Shown: one piece after another, positions 34,941 through 47,693 of the stretch | How positions within the stretch are numbered: position 1 is the first letter of the stretch | Layout of the letters: each line of letters starts with the position of its first letter | Notes under the pieces: generated by a model | Told to the model about the DNA's origin: nothing | The model's database searches: none | Seen by the model: only the letters and a program-made list of their open reading frames with translations | DNA from: Vicugna vicugna | Taxonomy: Eukaryota | Assembly (NCBI GenBank): GCA_013265495.1 | Contig: MU059330.1 | Location: 13,649,980-13,713,979 of the forward strand | Reading direction: 5' to 3' | DNA length: 64,000 nucleotides | Program-made: the position numbers and the translations under genes

Positions 34941-37411
34941 GCGTTTCTCTGTGAGGGGTGCTGCATGACGGGCGCTCATCTGCGGGGAGAAGGTGGGGAG
35001 CCCACACGGGGGTCCCCACGCAGCCCTCTGCTGCGCCCACAGGGGCCACTATCCCCAGGACTGGCCAGGGGACAACTTCAGCGATGTCTCAGTCCATTAG
35101 GACTTTGTGCTGGCTGAATTCCAACCCTCCCTCAAAGCCCAGCGACCATGCGCAGACTGCGCTGAATAAAAAAGAATGTTCTCTGGACATCATGGGAGCT
35201 TCCTCAGGCAGGGGGACTCCCCAAGGTTCCCTGATATGGGAGCCCCTTGAAGCAGGTCTTTGCAAAGAAGAGGGACCTTCCCAGTGGTGCCTGTTTCCAG
35301 AACATTCTTCTCTACAAGAGGCTGCCCCCTCCCCTACGGAAGGGCCCCCCACAGCAGCCCAGGCTGGCCCAGCCACACGGGACAAGCTCCCCAGAGCCAG
35401 AGCCGGGGAGCCGGTCGGTGTGCGTGCCTCTGGGCGCCCCACTTCCTGCAGCAGTGAGACCATCCGCTCTGGAAGGCAAGGGGACTAAAGGGACACGAGG
35501 GACATGCCAGGGCTGCTGAGGCCACAGCTCCAAGCCCTGGCGTGTCGTGCCCGACCACTCCAGCGTGAGCACGGCCCCCAGTGCCGTCTGCTCAGAACAC
35601 AGGGGCCCCGAGCTGACCGTTCCCGCCCGGGTCCTGCGGCCCTGTTCTTCCTTGTCCCTCTCTCCCGCGATGGGCTGAGGGTCTGCCCAGCTGTCGCCCC
35701 CTACCCCGTGCACACCACGCCCACCACTCCCTCCCTGCCTGCCAAGCGCTGTCTCAGCCCTTTATCCCGAGTCAACAACTGGCAGTAAGAGCCCACGAGA
35801 GACCAGCTTCGTGCCTGACAGGACATCAGCTCTGGTCTTCTGGGTGCACCCCCAGAGGCTCCACCAGCCCCACGCAAACCTGGCGGATGGGCCACCAACG
35901 CTGCCTGCAGCTCCCGCCTGGACACCCCCTCAAACGTCAGCACATCCCCAGGACCAGCTACTGAGGCCGAGGTCGTCCATGAAGGCCCTGCCGAGGACAG
36001 ACCTGCAGGGCCTGTGCTGGCCGAGGCGGGAGTCCCCCGACACCCTTCCCACCCACGCCCGCCACCCCAGGCCCTCGGCTTCCAGGCACTTCGCTCCTTC
36101 TCTTCCTGGTGTCCTGTTGGCATTGCTGTAGCCACGTGACTCAACAGGCATAGACTTGACCATTACTTCCACCAGGATCCTCCTCAAGCGAGGACACTGG
36201 ATGACAGCCCGAGGGCCCCACCCACCTGGAGTCTGTCGCCAGGGGCAGTGGGGAGGCTCGCATGTCCCCATCCTTGGCTGGGACTTTCTGTAGTATTCAA
36301 GCTGTCTTGTTGCTGCTTCGGCTCCTGGGGATTCCCGGAGAGCAAGGCCGAGCGTGTTTTCCGGAGCGTGCAATCAGACACGGAGACTTGCGGGGCTGGC
36401 GGGGCTCCCCCACTTCGGGCATCGGGACGGGGAGCGTCCAGGCTGGGATGTCGCGGGCTCTCGGGGACGCGTCTGCTGGGGGTGAGTCTGGCTCCTGGGC
36501 TTCGCTGGGGCTGTGGCAGCCTGGAGTGTCGCAGGGAACGGGCAGGCCTGCCCCGCTCCCGATGCCTCCCCCGGGGCGAGATTCACGCACCATGCTGGGC
36601 TGGCCCCCCCCCCGCCGCCCAGCCCAGCAGGGGAGGGAACTGCACTTCCAGCAGGAATCCCTGGGTCGGACACGCAGATGCCGGCTGTCCCCAGGGGCCT
36701 GCTCTGGGCAGTCCCGCCTCCCCGCGCTGCGAGGGCCCACCTGGGCTGCAACGGGGCTCGGGTCGCCCCCAGAATGGCACTGTTGTCATTACAGGGGCGA
36801 GGTTTTTTCTTATTCCTTCTTGAAAGCAGTTGACACCAGCGTGTAAATGAGCTTCACACCGTGTGCTTTCCTTCTCCCATCCGTGAGTCCTCACCATGGT
36901 GACCCGCGTGTAACCATCAAGAGCTGTCACCTCCACTTGCAGGACATTAAGAATCAGTGAGACTGGAAACTTTGAAAACTGTTAGCGACTTGGCTGACAT
37001 GAACTGGAATTTACTTTTTTTTAATTTAAGGAAAACTCTCGGCTTCTGCTAGAAATCCAGAGCCCCGTTCAGGTTCGATTGTAAGCACAAGTCAGTCAGC
37101 CTGACAGACGAAACGCTTCTCGTTAGGCTCTGAATCGTCTTACCACTTTTCGCACCCAAAGCGACTGCACAGCGCTCCCCCCCGTGTCCCCCTGCTGCGC
37201 GGGGCAGGCGCTCCCGGCTGCCAGCGTCCGGGGCAACTGAGAGGATGTGGCAGTCGGACCGCTTGCGCAGGCTCCGCGGCTCCCATGAGCCACTAAAGCA
37301 GGAACCAGCTGCGCTGATCTCAGACACGGCCGAAATACTCAGATTAATCGCAAATCTCGGATCATCTCAGTTTTAAAAACAGTTGCCTGGAAATAAACAA
37401 CTAACAAACAC

Positions 37412-37443
37412 AGAAATGAAACGCAAAGAAATGAAACGCAAAG
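37412..37443. repeat. 15-bp tandem duplication (agaaatgaaacgcaa)x2
   Basis: Exact adjacent copies at 37412-37426 and 37427-37441. Confidence 0.95.
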
Positions 37444-39929
37444 ACGGCGATGTCGGTGCAAATAGGTATCGTGGGCCGTCAGGCAGGAGGGACTGAGTCT
37501 TAAAAGTCCTGCTCCTGCATCGGCACACGTGGGCGCCGTCCACGGGCCGGGCGCCCCGGTCACACCACCACAGGGGCTGAAGGGGGGCCGGCCACCTCTA
37601 ACTTGAGATGCCACGAGTCTGGCAAGATGCGAGCAGGCCTCCCAGAGGGGAAAGGTGGCGCCTCCCACGGCCGATGCTGAAACGCCTTTCCCGGTACCGG
37701 GGGAGTGGAAGGGTGAGCCAGCTGGGGGTCACGATCCAGACGGCCACGGGAGAGCCAGCAGGAGGGTGCTCCGGCTTCTCAGAGACCATTTCCTCCACGC
37801 ACGTCTCGGGCTCCAGGGAGCCTTCTCGGCAGAAGTACAGCCTTTTTTCTCTGCTCTTTAAAAGGAGTAGTTGTTCAAATCCCAAATGGTTTCAGCCAGA
37901 AAAAATAAACTGCAGGACATGTTTAATGTTCTCTAAATATCAATGAATTATGTCCACTTCATTCTTTTTTACTTTAAGACATCAAAAACTACAAGATTAA
38001 TTTATGTTGCTCATCCCCTGAGAAACTGTCCGATTTATAATCAGCGTTAGTACATGAACTCAGGTGCATCCACATTTATTGCTTGAATCTAATCTACTCG
38101 GAGTTCAAGAAAACCCTGTTACCTTTTCTAAAAAAATAAAGGATTGTGACACCACAGGTTGATTGGGAGATGAACAATTTCTATTACATGACTTTAAATT
38201 ATAATTTTTTAATTCAGGTTTTTTTCCCTTAAAAAAAAACCTCCATCTAACAGCAAACTTTTTTTCCAGTCAAGAGCCTGTCTGACTAGTTTTGCTGAAT
38301 GAGGCATTTTTACGAGTAACTTCCCCTAGAAGCCATTCATGGTTGAAACATGAGTCCTGAGACCACAGCACACGCTACATACTTCATACGACTATTAATC
38401 TGGGTGACAAACACTGTCTTCCTAAGGGGACAGTGAGGTACGCCCCGGCCTGCCAGGGCACTGGCCCCAGGGAGAAGCAGAGGCGAGGCCGGTCCAGCTC
38501 GGAGGGCAGACGTGAGGGACTGTCTGAGGAGGCTGATGTGTCACCAGGGAAGAGGGACGACCTTTACAGGCAAAAGCAGGAACAGCAGCTGGACGGTGGA
38601 GCTGGCCCCTGAGGATGGCGTCCTCGTGTGCCTCCAGTCCACTCATCACGCCACGGGTGCATGCTGAGTGCTCGTGGCCTGCTTGTCACGGGCCATGTGG
38701 CCATCAAGAGAGCCATCAGCATCCCAGAGGTCCTGGAAGAGCCACTCGGTGCCGGGTTCTGGAGCAGCTGAGCAAAGCATGGCCACAGGGGACGTGCCCA
38801 CACCGGAGAGCGGGAGTCTCCAGAGTCAGAAGCCAGCAACAGAGAGAAGCACCAAAACTGGACCCGCCCTGGCTCTCAGAGTATGGGGCCAAGCCCTCCA
38901 CGCTTCCCAAAGGCGACAGGCCCCGAAGCGAGAGCAGCAGGGCCGGGCTGGCCGGGGGAGGTGGGCAGGTGGAGGCCCATGGGTGCGGAGCCCTGCAGCA
39001 CCCACGGACCAGCCCCAGGCCCAGGACATCGGGACTATGCGGCACCTTGTGCTCTGCGAGGTCAGTGGCAGGGCCTCCAGGAGCGCCTTCCCGTGAGCTG
39101 CCAATGTGAGCGTGTTGGACAGAGGTGGGTAAACAAGGGAAATGACACTGACGCCTCCCCGGGGTGCAGCTGGTGAGGGGCCTTGCCCGCACTGTCAGGG
39201 GGTCACCTGCACTCCAGCATCGGGTACAGTCCTTAAACAGTCTTAGCCATTAATCATCAGCCAGTTTTGCACACTTGCGATGTAAAGTGGTAGACTGAGC
39301 TTGCAAGTGCCTGCCACACACTCCAGCTGAAGCTCCTGACACAGCAGGGGCTGCACACACTGTGGCACAGCCATGATTGTGCAAGGTGGATGGGGCACCC
39401 TTGCCGACCTGGGGTTTGTGTGACAGATGGAGCCACGTGGGGATGTCCCAGCCCAGGACAGAACAGGGCAGCAAGGATGTGGCTAAGAATGAAAACCCCT
39501 CCTGGCCAGACTCCCAAGAAGCTCTACCATGGTGTGTGTGGCAGGCCAGGGAGTGGGTGGCCTAGGCTGCGGCAGGAGAGAGGGCCCCTGGGACAGAAAT
39601 GCGAGTCATCCATTAACACGGCTTCAGCCAGATGGTGGCAGCAGCACTGCCCACAGCCTGGGCACAGAACTGTCCCCACAGATACTGAGCGGTCTCCATG
39701 GAAGGGCTCAGGCTCTCAGGGTGAGTCCAAGGCCAGGAGAGGAACAGGGACATGCCTCTGGATGACCACAAACACTGTCATAACCCCAGATGGACAGGGG
39801 ATGCTGAGCTCTCTGCCCCAGATGCTAGGGAATGCAAGAAATCTAAAGAAGGGAAGAGAACTAAAAATGTGTACATTTCTTATCAGAACCCCAGAAAGGT
39901 GCAATAGGATGCTGCACTTGTAGAAGTAG

Positions 39930-40170
39930 ACTGACAGATCTTCACAAGGAGGCTGTGAAGAGCCAGTGGACATTGAACATGGGATGGCTGAAATAAAACA
40001 TAAAGATGAGCTCAACACTGTTAGAGACCCGAGGGGGGTCATATAACCCAGCCCGATCACGGAGGACAAATAACGAAGGGATGAGTTAAGAAATGTGGTC
40101 CACACACAAGTTCCAGAAAGCCGACAGAGAAGATGGAGGAGGAGAAGTTAAAGGCGTAACAAAAGAAAAG
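39930..40170 (+). mobile_element. Old L1 ORF1 fragment (L1ME-type)
   Basis: 'catgggatggctgaaataaaacataaagatgagctcaacact' and 'agttccagaaagccgacagagaagatggaggaggagaag' resemble L1 ORF1. Confidence 0.5.
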
Positions 40171-40239
40171 AGCCAGACCTGTGCCCACTAGACTGCGACG
40201 TGCTGCCCTGTGGCTGGAGGCTACTCACTTGTGCTAATC

Positions 40240-42090
40240 TGTACAAAGAACTCGCTTTTTACGTCATTGACTTTCAGTGATTCCATTGCCTTTCCAATTT
40301 CTCTTCCTTCACTTCAGCTTCTTTTAGGCTTGAGTTTCTCTTCTTTTCCTAGTTTTTATAAAGAGAAGCTTAGATCATTTAGGTGAGTCCTTCCTTCTGT
40401 TCTGAGCATTTTAAGGCTACTAATTGCCCTCTGTGCGCAGCTTTAGCTGCACTCTGTGATTTGTTGGTATGTTGTGATTTCATTTTCATTCAGTTCAGAA
40501 TGTTTACTGATTTCTTACGCTGGGCTGAGGGTGAGATGTTTCGGTGACTTAGAATTGCGTTGTTTAACTTCCAAATATTTGAGGAAATTCTGCACATTTT
40601 GTTATTGATTTCTAGGTAAATTTCATTCATGTCCAAAGACATACTTTTTGTTATTTCAGTCCTTTTGAATGATACAATGTTACAGGTTTTTTAAAGCAGT
40701 TTATGGTTTATTCAAAGTCAATAAGAAAAAAACCCAACATTTTGAATTTCTTCACATAGTCACCATTCCTGGTACTCTTTTTTGAATGTCTGGTTTCCAT
40801 CTGGTGCCATTCTTCACCTTAGAGAACTGTCTTCCGCATCTTTTGTGATGCAGAAGGTCTGCTGCTGATGAGTTTTATTGTTACGTTTGAAAATATCTTA
40901 TTCTGCCTCCTTTCTTGGACATCTTCACCGGATACAATATCTGAGATTGAAAAGCTATCTTCTTCCAACACTTTGAAGATGTCGGTCCACCTCCTCTGGC
41001 CTCCGTGGCTCCTAATGAGAAGCAGCTATTGAGCAATGACTGACTAGACTTCTTCTCTTGATCCTGAAGCACACTGTCCTGCCCTGATGTATTTTTCAGT
41101 TGGTGTTGGAAAATCATTAATTTCACATTGTTGGATGCCACATTGTGTTCTATTCCTTTGAAGAATATTGTGTTTTTCTTGTTTACATTTAAGCTTTTGA
41201 AATTATCTTGACCTTTTGAGGATGGCTTTGAAGCTCTGTGAGGGGAAGTCAGAGGGGCACACGGCCTGGGGCTGAGCTAGCCGCCCCTGACGTGACGCCC
41301 TCCTGTGAGCTGTCAGATGCCCCAGGCACCGTGAGGGCTCCCCATGCTGCCTGGAATGCAAATGATTCCCAGGTCTGTGAAGCCTCGAGGATTTCTCAGC
41401 CTACTGCTGCCAAATGGTTCTCCCTTTGTAGTGAATCTTCATTCCTGTCTTGACAAGAGAAAACTCGTCCTGGTCCTTGCTGTCCTTCTGTCTCATTATT
41501 ATGCATGGAGAGAATTTCTTTCTATCTGTCTTGCTTGGGATTCACTAGGCTTCCTGAATTTGCAGTCTGCTGCCTGTTAACTCTGGAATGTTCTACCTCT
41601 CTGAATACTGCCTTTTCACCCATCCTTACTCTTGGCGTCATGTGCTTTGAACTCTGGCATATTTTCCATCTCTTTCTAACTCTGTGGTATATTCTGGGTC
41701 ATTTCCTAAAATCTATCATCCAGATTTTACCTATAGCAACTTAAGCTCTAATTCAGTTTCTAAGCTTCTATGTGACTGACCCATCGCTTTTATTTTGTTA
41801 TCGTATTTTTTACCTCTAGAAATTCTATTTGGCTCTTTGTCAATTCAGCATGTCAGTTTCAATAGTCTCTGTTACTTCATGTTATGAGCTTCCTCTTTTG
41901 TTTCTTTAAATGTATTTATTTCATATTCTGTTTCTCATGATTCCGATGTCTGAACTGTGTGTGGTTCTGATTTGGTAGCATGCGGAGTCTGCTTACGCAT
42001 GGCTGTGACAGCTCACCTCCTCTGTTTAATACATCTTTTTTTGAGCTCGTGTCTCATACAAGTTCACCTGTGGGAACTCCTTGAAGGCGC
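40240..42090 (-). mobile_element. Degenerate L1ME/MD (possibly HAL1) ORF2-ORF1 fragments
   Basis: T-rich antisense L1 hallmarks such as 'gctttagctgcactc', 'gttgtttaacttccaaatatttg', 'ttcttccaacactttgaagatgtc' and 'tttacctctagaaattctatttggctcttt'. Confidence 0.7.
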
Positions 42091-42719
42091 TATTCTCGCT
42101 TGCTGCTGTCGTGTGCAGCAGAATGAGCAGGACGTCTTCCTTTGACCCTCTCTGGCAGAGTCAGAGTTTAGAGACAGGCAACATATTCTAGAAGGCTTGT
42201 TTACCCGATCTTCACTAAGGACGCCACTCCTCGGAAGACCCAACTTTGCAGGAGCCTCTGATATGATCTCCCCTCCTCCCAGGCCTCGTCTCCTGCCCCA
42301 CCTGACCCCCAAACCATCAGGCATCAGCAGACACCCTCAGGAAGACGCCAGCTCCAGGGCGGCTTCCGCTGTAGGAGCAGGACGGCCACAGACATCTCTG
42401 CAGGTTGCTCGTGGCGGGTTCCGCGGGGTGGTGAATGCGCACGTGCCGGCAGCATCCCGCAGACACCGCCGCAGGACGGCCGGGGCGCCCCGGGCAGCAT
42501 CGGGCTGTCCTGCCTCTGCAGCTCTCAGACGTTTTCTCGGCTGTACCTTCACGGCGCCCGCACTTCGAAAGACTCCACGTGAGGAGGGTGCAGAAAGGTG
42601 AGCCCCACAGCCTCCTTGACGTTTCCCCCGAACACCCCGGTCCTGCGTTTTGTTGGTAACGAGTGCTGTTGATTCACACGTGCAAACCAGCTCCCGGCAC
42701 ACCCTGCCCAGGCAGCCTA

Positions 42720-43486
42720 GCCAATCCCCGGTATGTTTTCAAGTTACAAAATAATTTTAAAATCTTCACGAGATGCTTCTAAAATTGTTTCATTTACAAA
42801 GATGAATTCAGAATTATGACAAACAATGCTCATATAAGTTTCCAATGTAATTAATGTATTTCAATAAGACACATCCTGAAATAGCTAACATTATGATATA
42901 AATGTGAAACAAAATATTGCAAATAATACAGCATAAGACTAACAAAGGAAAACCCGTCACCATTCTGTAAAACTCTCGTTGATCAGAGGTCTGGCTTAAA
43001 CTTGGGCTGAATTCAGTATAAATCCGTTTAGAAGAGCCATTTTAGTGATAAGTTTTCACTTTGTATTTCTCGTGATAGCTCCCCAAGGAGGCAAATTTCT
43101 TGCCATTTCACATTCAATAGAAGTCCATTGTTGGTGAAGAGATGGCTAAATTGGTCCATCATTTTGTAATAAAATATCTCATGACTTGTTTATCTGATCA
43201 ATGGAGAGTGTATTCTCAAGCTGTTCAGTGTTAATGGGCCCGTTGCCCTAAAATGGTGAATTATCGACTCTCAGAGAGGCAGGAGGGGGTTGCACATTCA
43301 GATCGGATTTCCTGCTTGAAATTGACATATTGCAGTGAAATTGTCGGAACCAGGAATGCGTGTCCTTTGTGGCTCAGGCTGCAGAGATGCCTAAAACACA
43401 AAACCGTTTCTAATGAAGAGTTCTTAAACTAGCTTTAAAAAAATTACATCTTGACGCTGAATTGATAATCTGAATATGACAAAGTT
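42720..43486. promoter_or_regulatory. Large AT-rich unique block, strongest CNE/enhancer candidate
   Basis: About 770 bp, strongly AT-rich with no recognisable repeat. It contains AAACAATG (42821-42828) and CATTGTT (43126-43132) SOX sites, TAATTAAT (42848-42855), TGTTTATCT (FOX/GATA, 43187-43195) and GTGATAAG. Confidence 0.55.
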
Positions 43487-43582
43487 GTGAACATAAGCAC
43501 AGAAATATTTCTGAAAGTCCCAGCTTTCAGACCTCTTGGGTACGTACCTCGGAGTGGGACTGCTGGGTCAGGTGGGAGTTCT
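43487..43582 (-). mobile_element. Short L1MB-type fragment
   Basis: 'cagctttcagacctcttgggtacgtacctcggagtgggactgctgggtca...tttaactttttgagg'. Confidence 0.7.
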
Positions 43583-46500
43583 GCCTTTAACTTTTTGAGG
43601 GAAAAAGCAGAGCTGTCAGTTATTAACTTTTATTGGAACTTGTAATTTGGGGGGCTCACCATCAGGTAAAATACGGTCCCTAAGAAAATGCACAAAAATT
43701 CCAGAGAAGGGTAACCAAGAACTCAGGACCATGATAAAATAAAATAATAAAACAGAATAAAGTAAAAAATCAAACATGCCCTGACCAACAATTAAATGCA
43801 GGTGACTCTAGAACTACCATCAGCTAAGCAGTATTTACCCCGGTTTGTCACTGTCACCCGGCTATATTTGTTTTTATTCCTCCTAAGAAGAGCAACAATT
43901 TTTAAAAGGAAAATAAAACACCAGTTATCACCCCTTTCCAGCAGAGCAGCTCCTGCTGGCACCACCCACGGTCCCCTCTGCAGGTGAGCCCACTGCCCGC
44001 CGCCCAGCACTGGCTGGCCCCGGGAGGGGACACACGGACTCAGCCCCGGGAGGTCTGCAGGGAACGTGATATTTTTCATGTGCTCTTCTAACCCTTTGGG
44101 GAGCTGGAGGATGGGGCTTTCTCTCCTGTGTGGGGTTGAGCCCGGGCGGCCATGAAGCCCAGCTCGCTGAGGGAGCAGAGGGGCAGGGGCGGCAGTGCGA
44201 CCTCGCCCAGCCCTGCCATCCGCCCAGGGGCATGTGCCCCTCCCCTCCCCTCCTTGGGGTCTCTGTGGATGCGTGGCACAACAGGGGTGTGGACTGAGAC
44301 CCCACAGCAATTTCTGAGCCCATCCTGCCCCAACCTGGCCAGGAAGCTCCCAGTTGGGCAGGACAAGTGGTCCCCAGCAGAGCCAGGTTGGGGGACACAC
44401 CTTGTGGGGGCAGAGAAGGGGGCCCCTCTCTGCCGGGAGAGCTGGTCCACCCGGGACGTTGGCCGGGAGCACGCCCCGCCACGTGAGGAAGAAAGTGCTC
44501 CGCTGACTGGGCTCGGTCCTGATGAGGGACTTCATCCGAAGCCAGCACGGCGTCCCCCCGCACCTCTCAGACCCTGTGGAGCCGGGGTCGCGGGGCAGGC
44601 GCACCGCCCGGGGATGGTCGGCTTTTCCTACTCATGTGCAGCTAAAAGGCAGGAGTTAACAGCATCCAACCAACTAAAATCATTTGAGAGGCAATGAAAT
44701 TTTCAGTGGGAACTGAGGACACACCTGAGAAGTTAAGCGTTAGAAAGAAGGACGTGGCTCGGGACGTGCATCAGGCACCTCGTGAGGAAGTTCGGTGCCA
44801 CCGGGCCCGGCGAGCTGACCCTGGAGACGTCCGGTTTGTTTTTTAATAAATGAATGATTTAATGAAATTAATCTCGAAGAATCTGCTTTTAGAGGGGGAG
44901 CGTTTATGAAAACTGCTGGAGAAGACACAGAAGTGCGGCAAAGGCCTGGGGATGCGGGCTGCACGTGGGACCCCTCCCGCAGGGGTGCCAGCCCTCCTAG
45001 TGGAAGCCCAGAGTTGGGGACCTGAGATCAGTGGTCCAGCCTGAGGGACAATCTCTCATCTGTCACTAAAGGTCGGTGAGTGGCCGGAAACGAGAGCATC
45101 TTGGATTAAAAACATGGTCAGATTTTCAATGCATTAAAAATCTTTAAATACACATCTTATCTCTAGACTGTGTATAATTCCTAAGAATCCTCAACCTCTG
45201 TCGTCACTCTCTGGAATCAGATGTTGTCCTAGTAATTATCCCATGAAATTCAGCATTTGGTGAGTGGTTGAATCTCAGATGAAGAGGAGCAAGTTCGTAG
45301 TTAAAGAGAGAGGGGAAAACAGAACAAGACAGGAGTGAGCGGGGGGACAGAGAGAAGGACAGGGACATGGCAGGAGGGACAGAGAGAGAGGCGGACACAG
45401 GGACAGGGATACGGGGAGACACGGGGCCAGGGGCAGCGCTCTGATTCGACCCTCAAGTCCATTCAGGAGTGGGTGTGGGAACCCGGACTTAAAGGGCAGG
45501 TGCCTCCACTGTCCTTGCCACCTGCCTCCAGGAACCGCCATCCTTACACCACCTGGGAGGTGAGAATGGGTTTTGCCGCCGCCGGGAGGAGGGCAGAGAA
45601 GGCAGGGACCCCAATCTGGAGCAGCAAACTGGGCTGCAGCTCAGGCGGCCTCCGCACGTGCCTCCTGCTGTGGAGCGGCGGGTGGGGCCCCAGGTGGTCT
45701 GGGCGCAGCCCAGAGCCCGGCGTCTGCAGCGGGGCTGGGGCGTGACAGCATCGGACGGCCACAAGCCGCCTAGAGCAGGAGCAGCCCGCCGCTTGTCCCT
45801 GACGGGACCTCCGTGCAGGCAAGGAGGCTCCCTTTGCGACAGATCAGCCGCACCCTGCCTGCTCTCAGCACTCCATCCCACCCGTCACAGGGGGAGTAAA
45901 TCACGTTTCCAGAGCCGGCTTGGTTTAGCAGATGCTGGTCTCCTTAAACGCAGGTAACAGAACGGTGCACGGGGCCACCTTTGGCAGAAAAGCCCAGCGA
46001 CAGATGCCTGCAATCACTGGCTCCAGAACACAGCTCATAAATCGGCCGGGGGAGCCTGGGCAACACGGCCCTGGCTTTGCAGGCACGGCCGGCACTCAGT
46101 CACCAGGACACGCTCGCCGGGGGATAAGGTCGTGGAAGCTCTCTCGGTGTCATCCTGCTGAGATGTTACCAGACGCTCAACCCTAAAGCAAGAGAAACAA
46201 AGTGATAAGAAAATCGGGACGGAGGTGGGGGCGCAGGAAGACGAGACAGTCCATCAACACACCTGCGGAGAGAAGGCCGGGGCAGCGGTATTGATTGTTC
46301 ACGAGCCAGCGCACACACCCGTCAGGCAGGGGAGCAGAGGTGTCAGCCCGGACGCTGCACCCGGCGACGGCGGGGGGGCCGGCTGCCTGCCTCGTGCAGC
46401 CAGGAGCGCAGAGGTGCCCGCACGCCCTCCTCGCTGGCTTCGCAACGGTTACCCGTTTTACTAAAGGAAGAAACGCTATCAGTTCCCCCAGGGCAGGGCG

Positions 46501-47383
46501 AGCAGACCGCCAAGCACAGAGGGAGACTCCACGGTCCCAGCGCTGACCGCGGTCACCTGCCGCCCTGGAAGCTCAGGGGATGCTCTGGCCTGGGGTCACA
46601 GGAAGGTGGCAGGTACCTACTCGAATGGCCATTCAGTTGGGAGCTACATACCTAACGCGCAGAAGCCCTCCTCTCTCCCTCCGGCAGATGCTCTCACTGA
46701 CAGCGTCCTGCTTTGTCTGACCGGGGGGTGAGCCCGTCCAACACCCCAGGCCTCAGCGTCTAACCGAGGGAAAGGCCCACCGAAGGAACATGTGGACACA
46801 GCGCGCGAGACTGGGTTTGGCTGGGGAGGAGACCTGCTCGTCAGCGCTGCCTGGGGACATGTGGCTAACCCAGCCTGCTCTGAGGATCCCACCTGGCGTT
46901 CAGAATTCTCTCCAACGTTAACCAGCCTTCCTGACGTGTGTGCCGGGCAGTCTCGGCGGACGCAGTGGTGCTGGGAGTCACGTGGCGTCGCAGGGGCCAC
47001 CGCGGGCAGAGCACGCCTGCTGTCCCGGGAAGGGACCACGAGCAGAGACCCCGGGACAGGGTGTGCAGGGCTGCGGTAGGGACGCAGGAAGGCGTCTCGG
47101 CGCGTCTCTCTCCAGCTCGCTCTGCTTCCCTGAGCTCTGTCTGCTTCTTCGGAAGTTGAGTCACGTAATTCAAGACTCCCAGGTGTCATTTCTCAGTGAC
47201 AGAGTGACGGTGTCGGCGGACAGTTGGGAACCATCACGACCTGGTGGTCGGTGTCTCTACTCCTAGCAGCGAGGGTCTGAGCAGGTCGTCACTGTACTGA
47301 GTGAGGTTCAGTTATCAGGGCTGGGCGGTCATATCGCCCACCTGCTCAAGTCTGTTCTTTTGTACACGCATCTCAAACATTCA

Positions 47384-47693
47384 TGCTCCAGACAGAATGT
47401 CTGCGTCCTCCCAAATGTGCATGTTGAAAGTGAGGGGGGCCCTCTGGGGAGGACGAGGTCATGAGGGCGGAGCCTCCGAATGGACCTTTATGAGAAGAGA
47501 ACTCCCTTCCGGTCCCCGCCCGGTGGGAACACAAGAAGCCCGCAGTCCTTCACCTGGGAGGGGTCCACACAGGTACCAAACCGGCCGGCGCCCTGGTCTT
47601 GGACTTCTCGGCATCCAGGGCTGTCAGAAATAAGCGCCTGTCCCCCGAGGCACAGTCGATGGCAGTCCTGTCGGAGAGGCATAAACTAGGACG
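47384..47693 (+). mobile_element. MLT1A0-like MaLR solo LTR
   Basis: Runs from 'tgctccagacagaatgtctgcgtcctcccaaat' through 'ggtcatgagggcggagcc' and 'ggcgccctggtcttggacttc...gctgtcagaaataa' to 'aactaggac'. Confidence 0.85.

Noticed and set aside
43792-44604. Longest gap-free ORF (270 aa, minus strand)
   Set aside because: Low-complexity composition, no domain, and overlapped by similar long ORFs in other frames, as expected from the scarcity of stop codons in GC-rich DNA.
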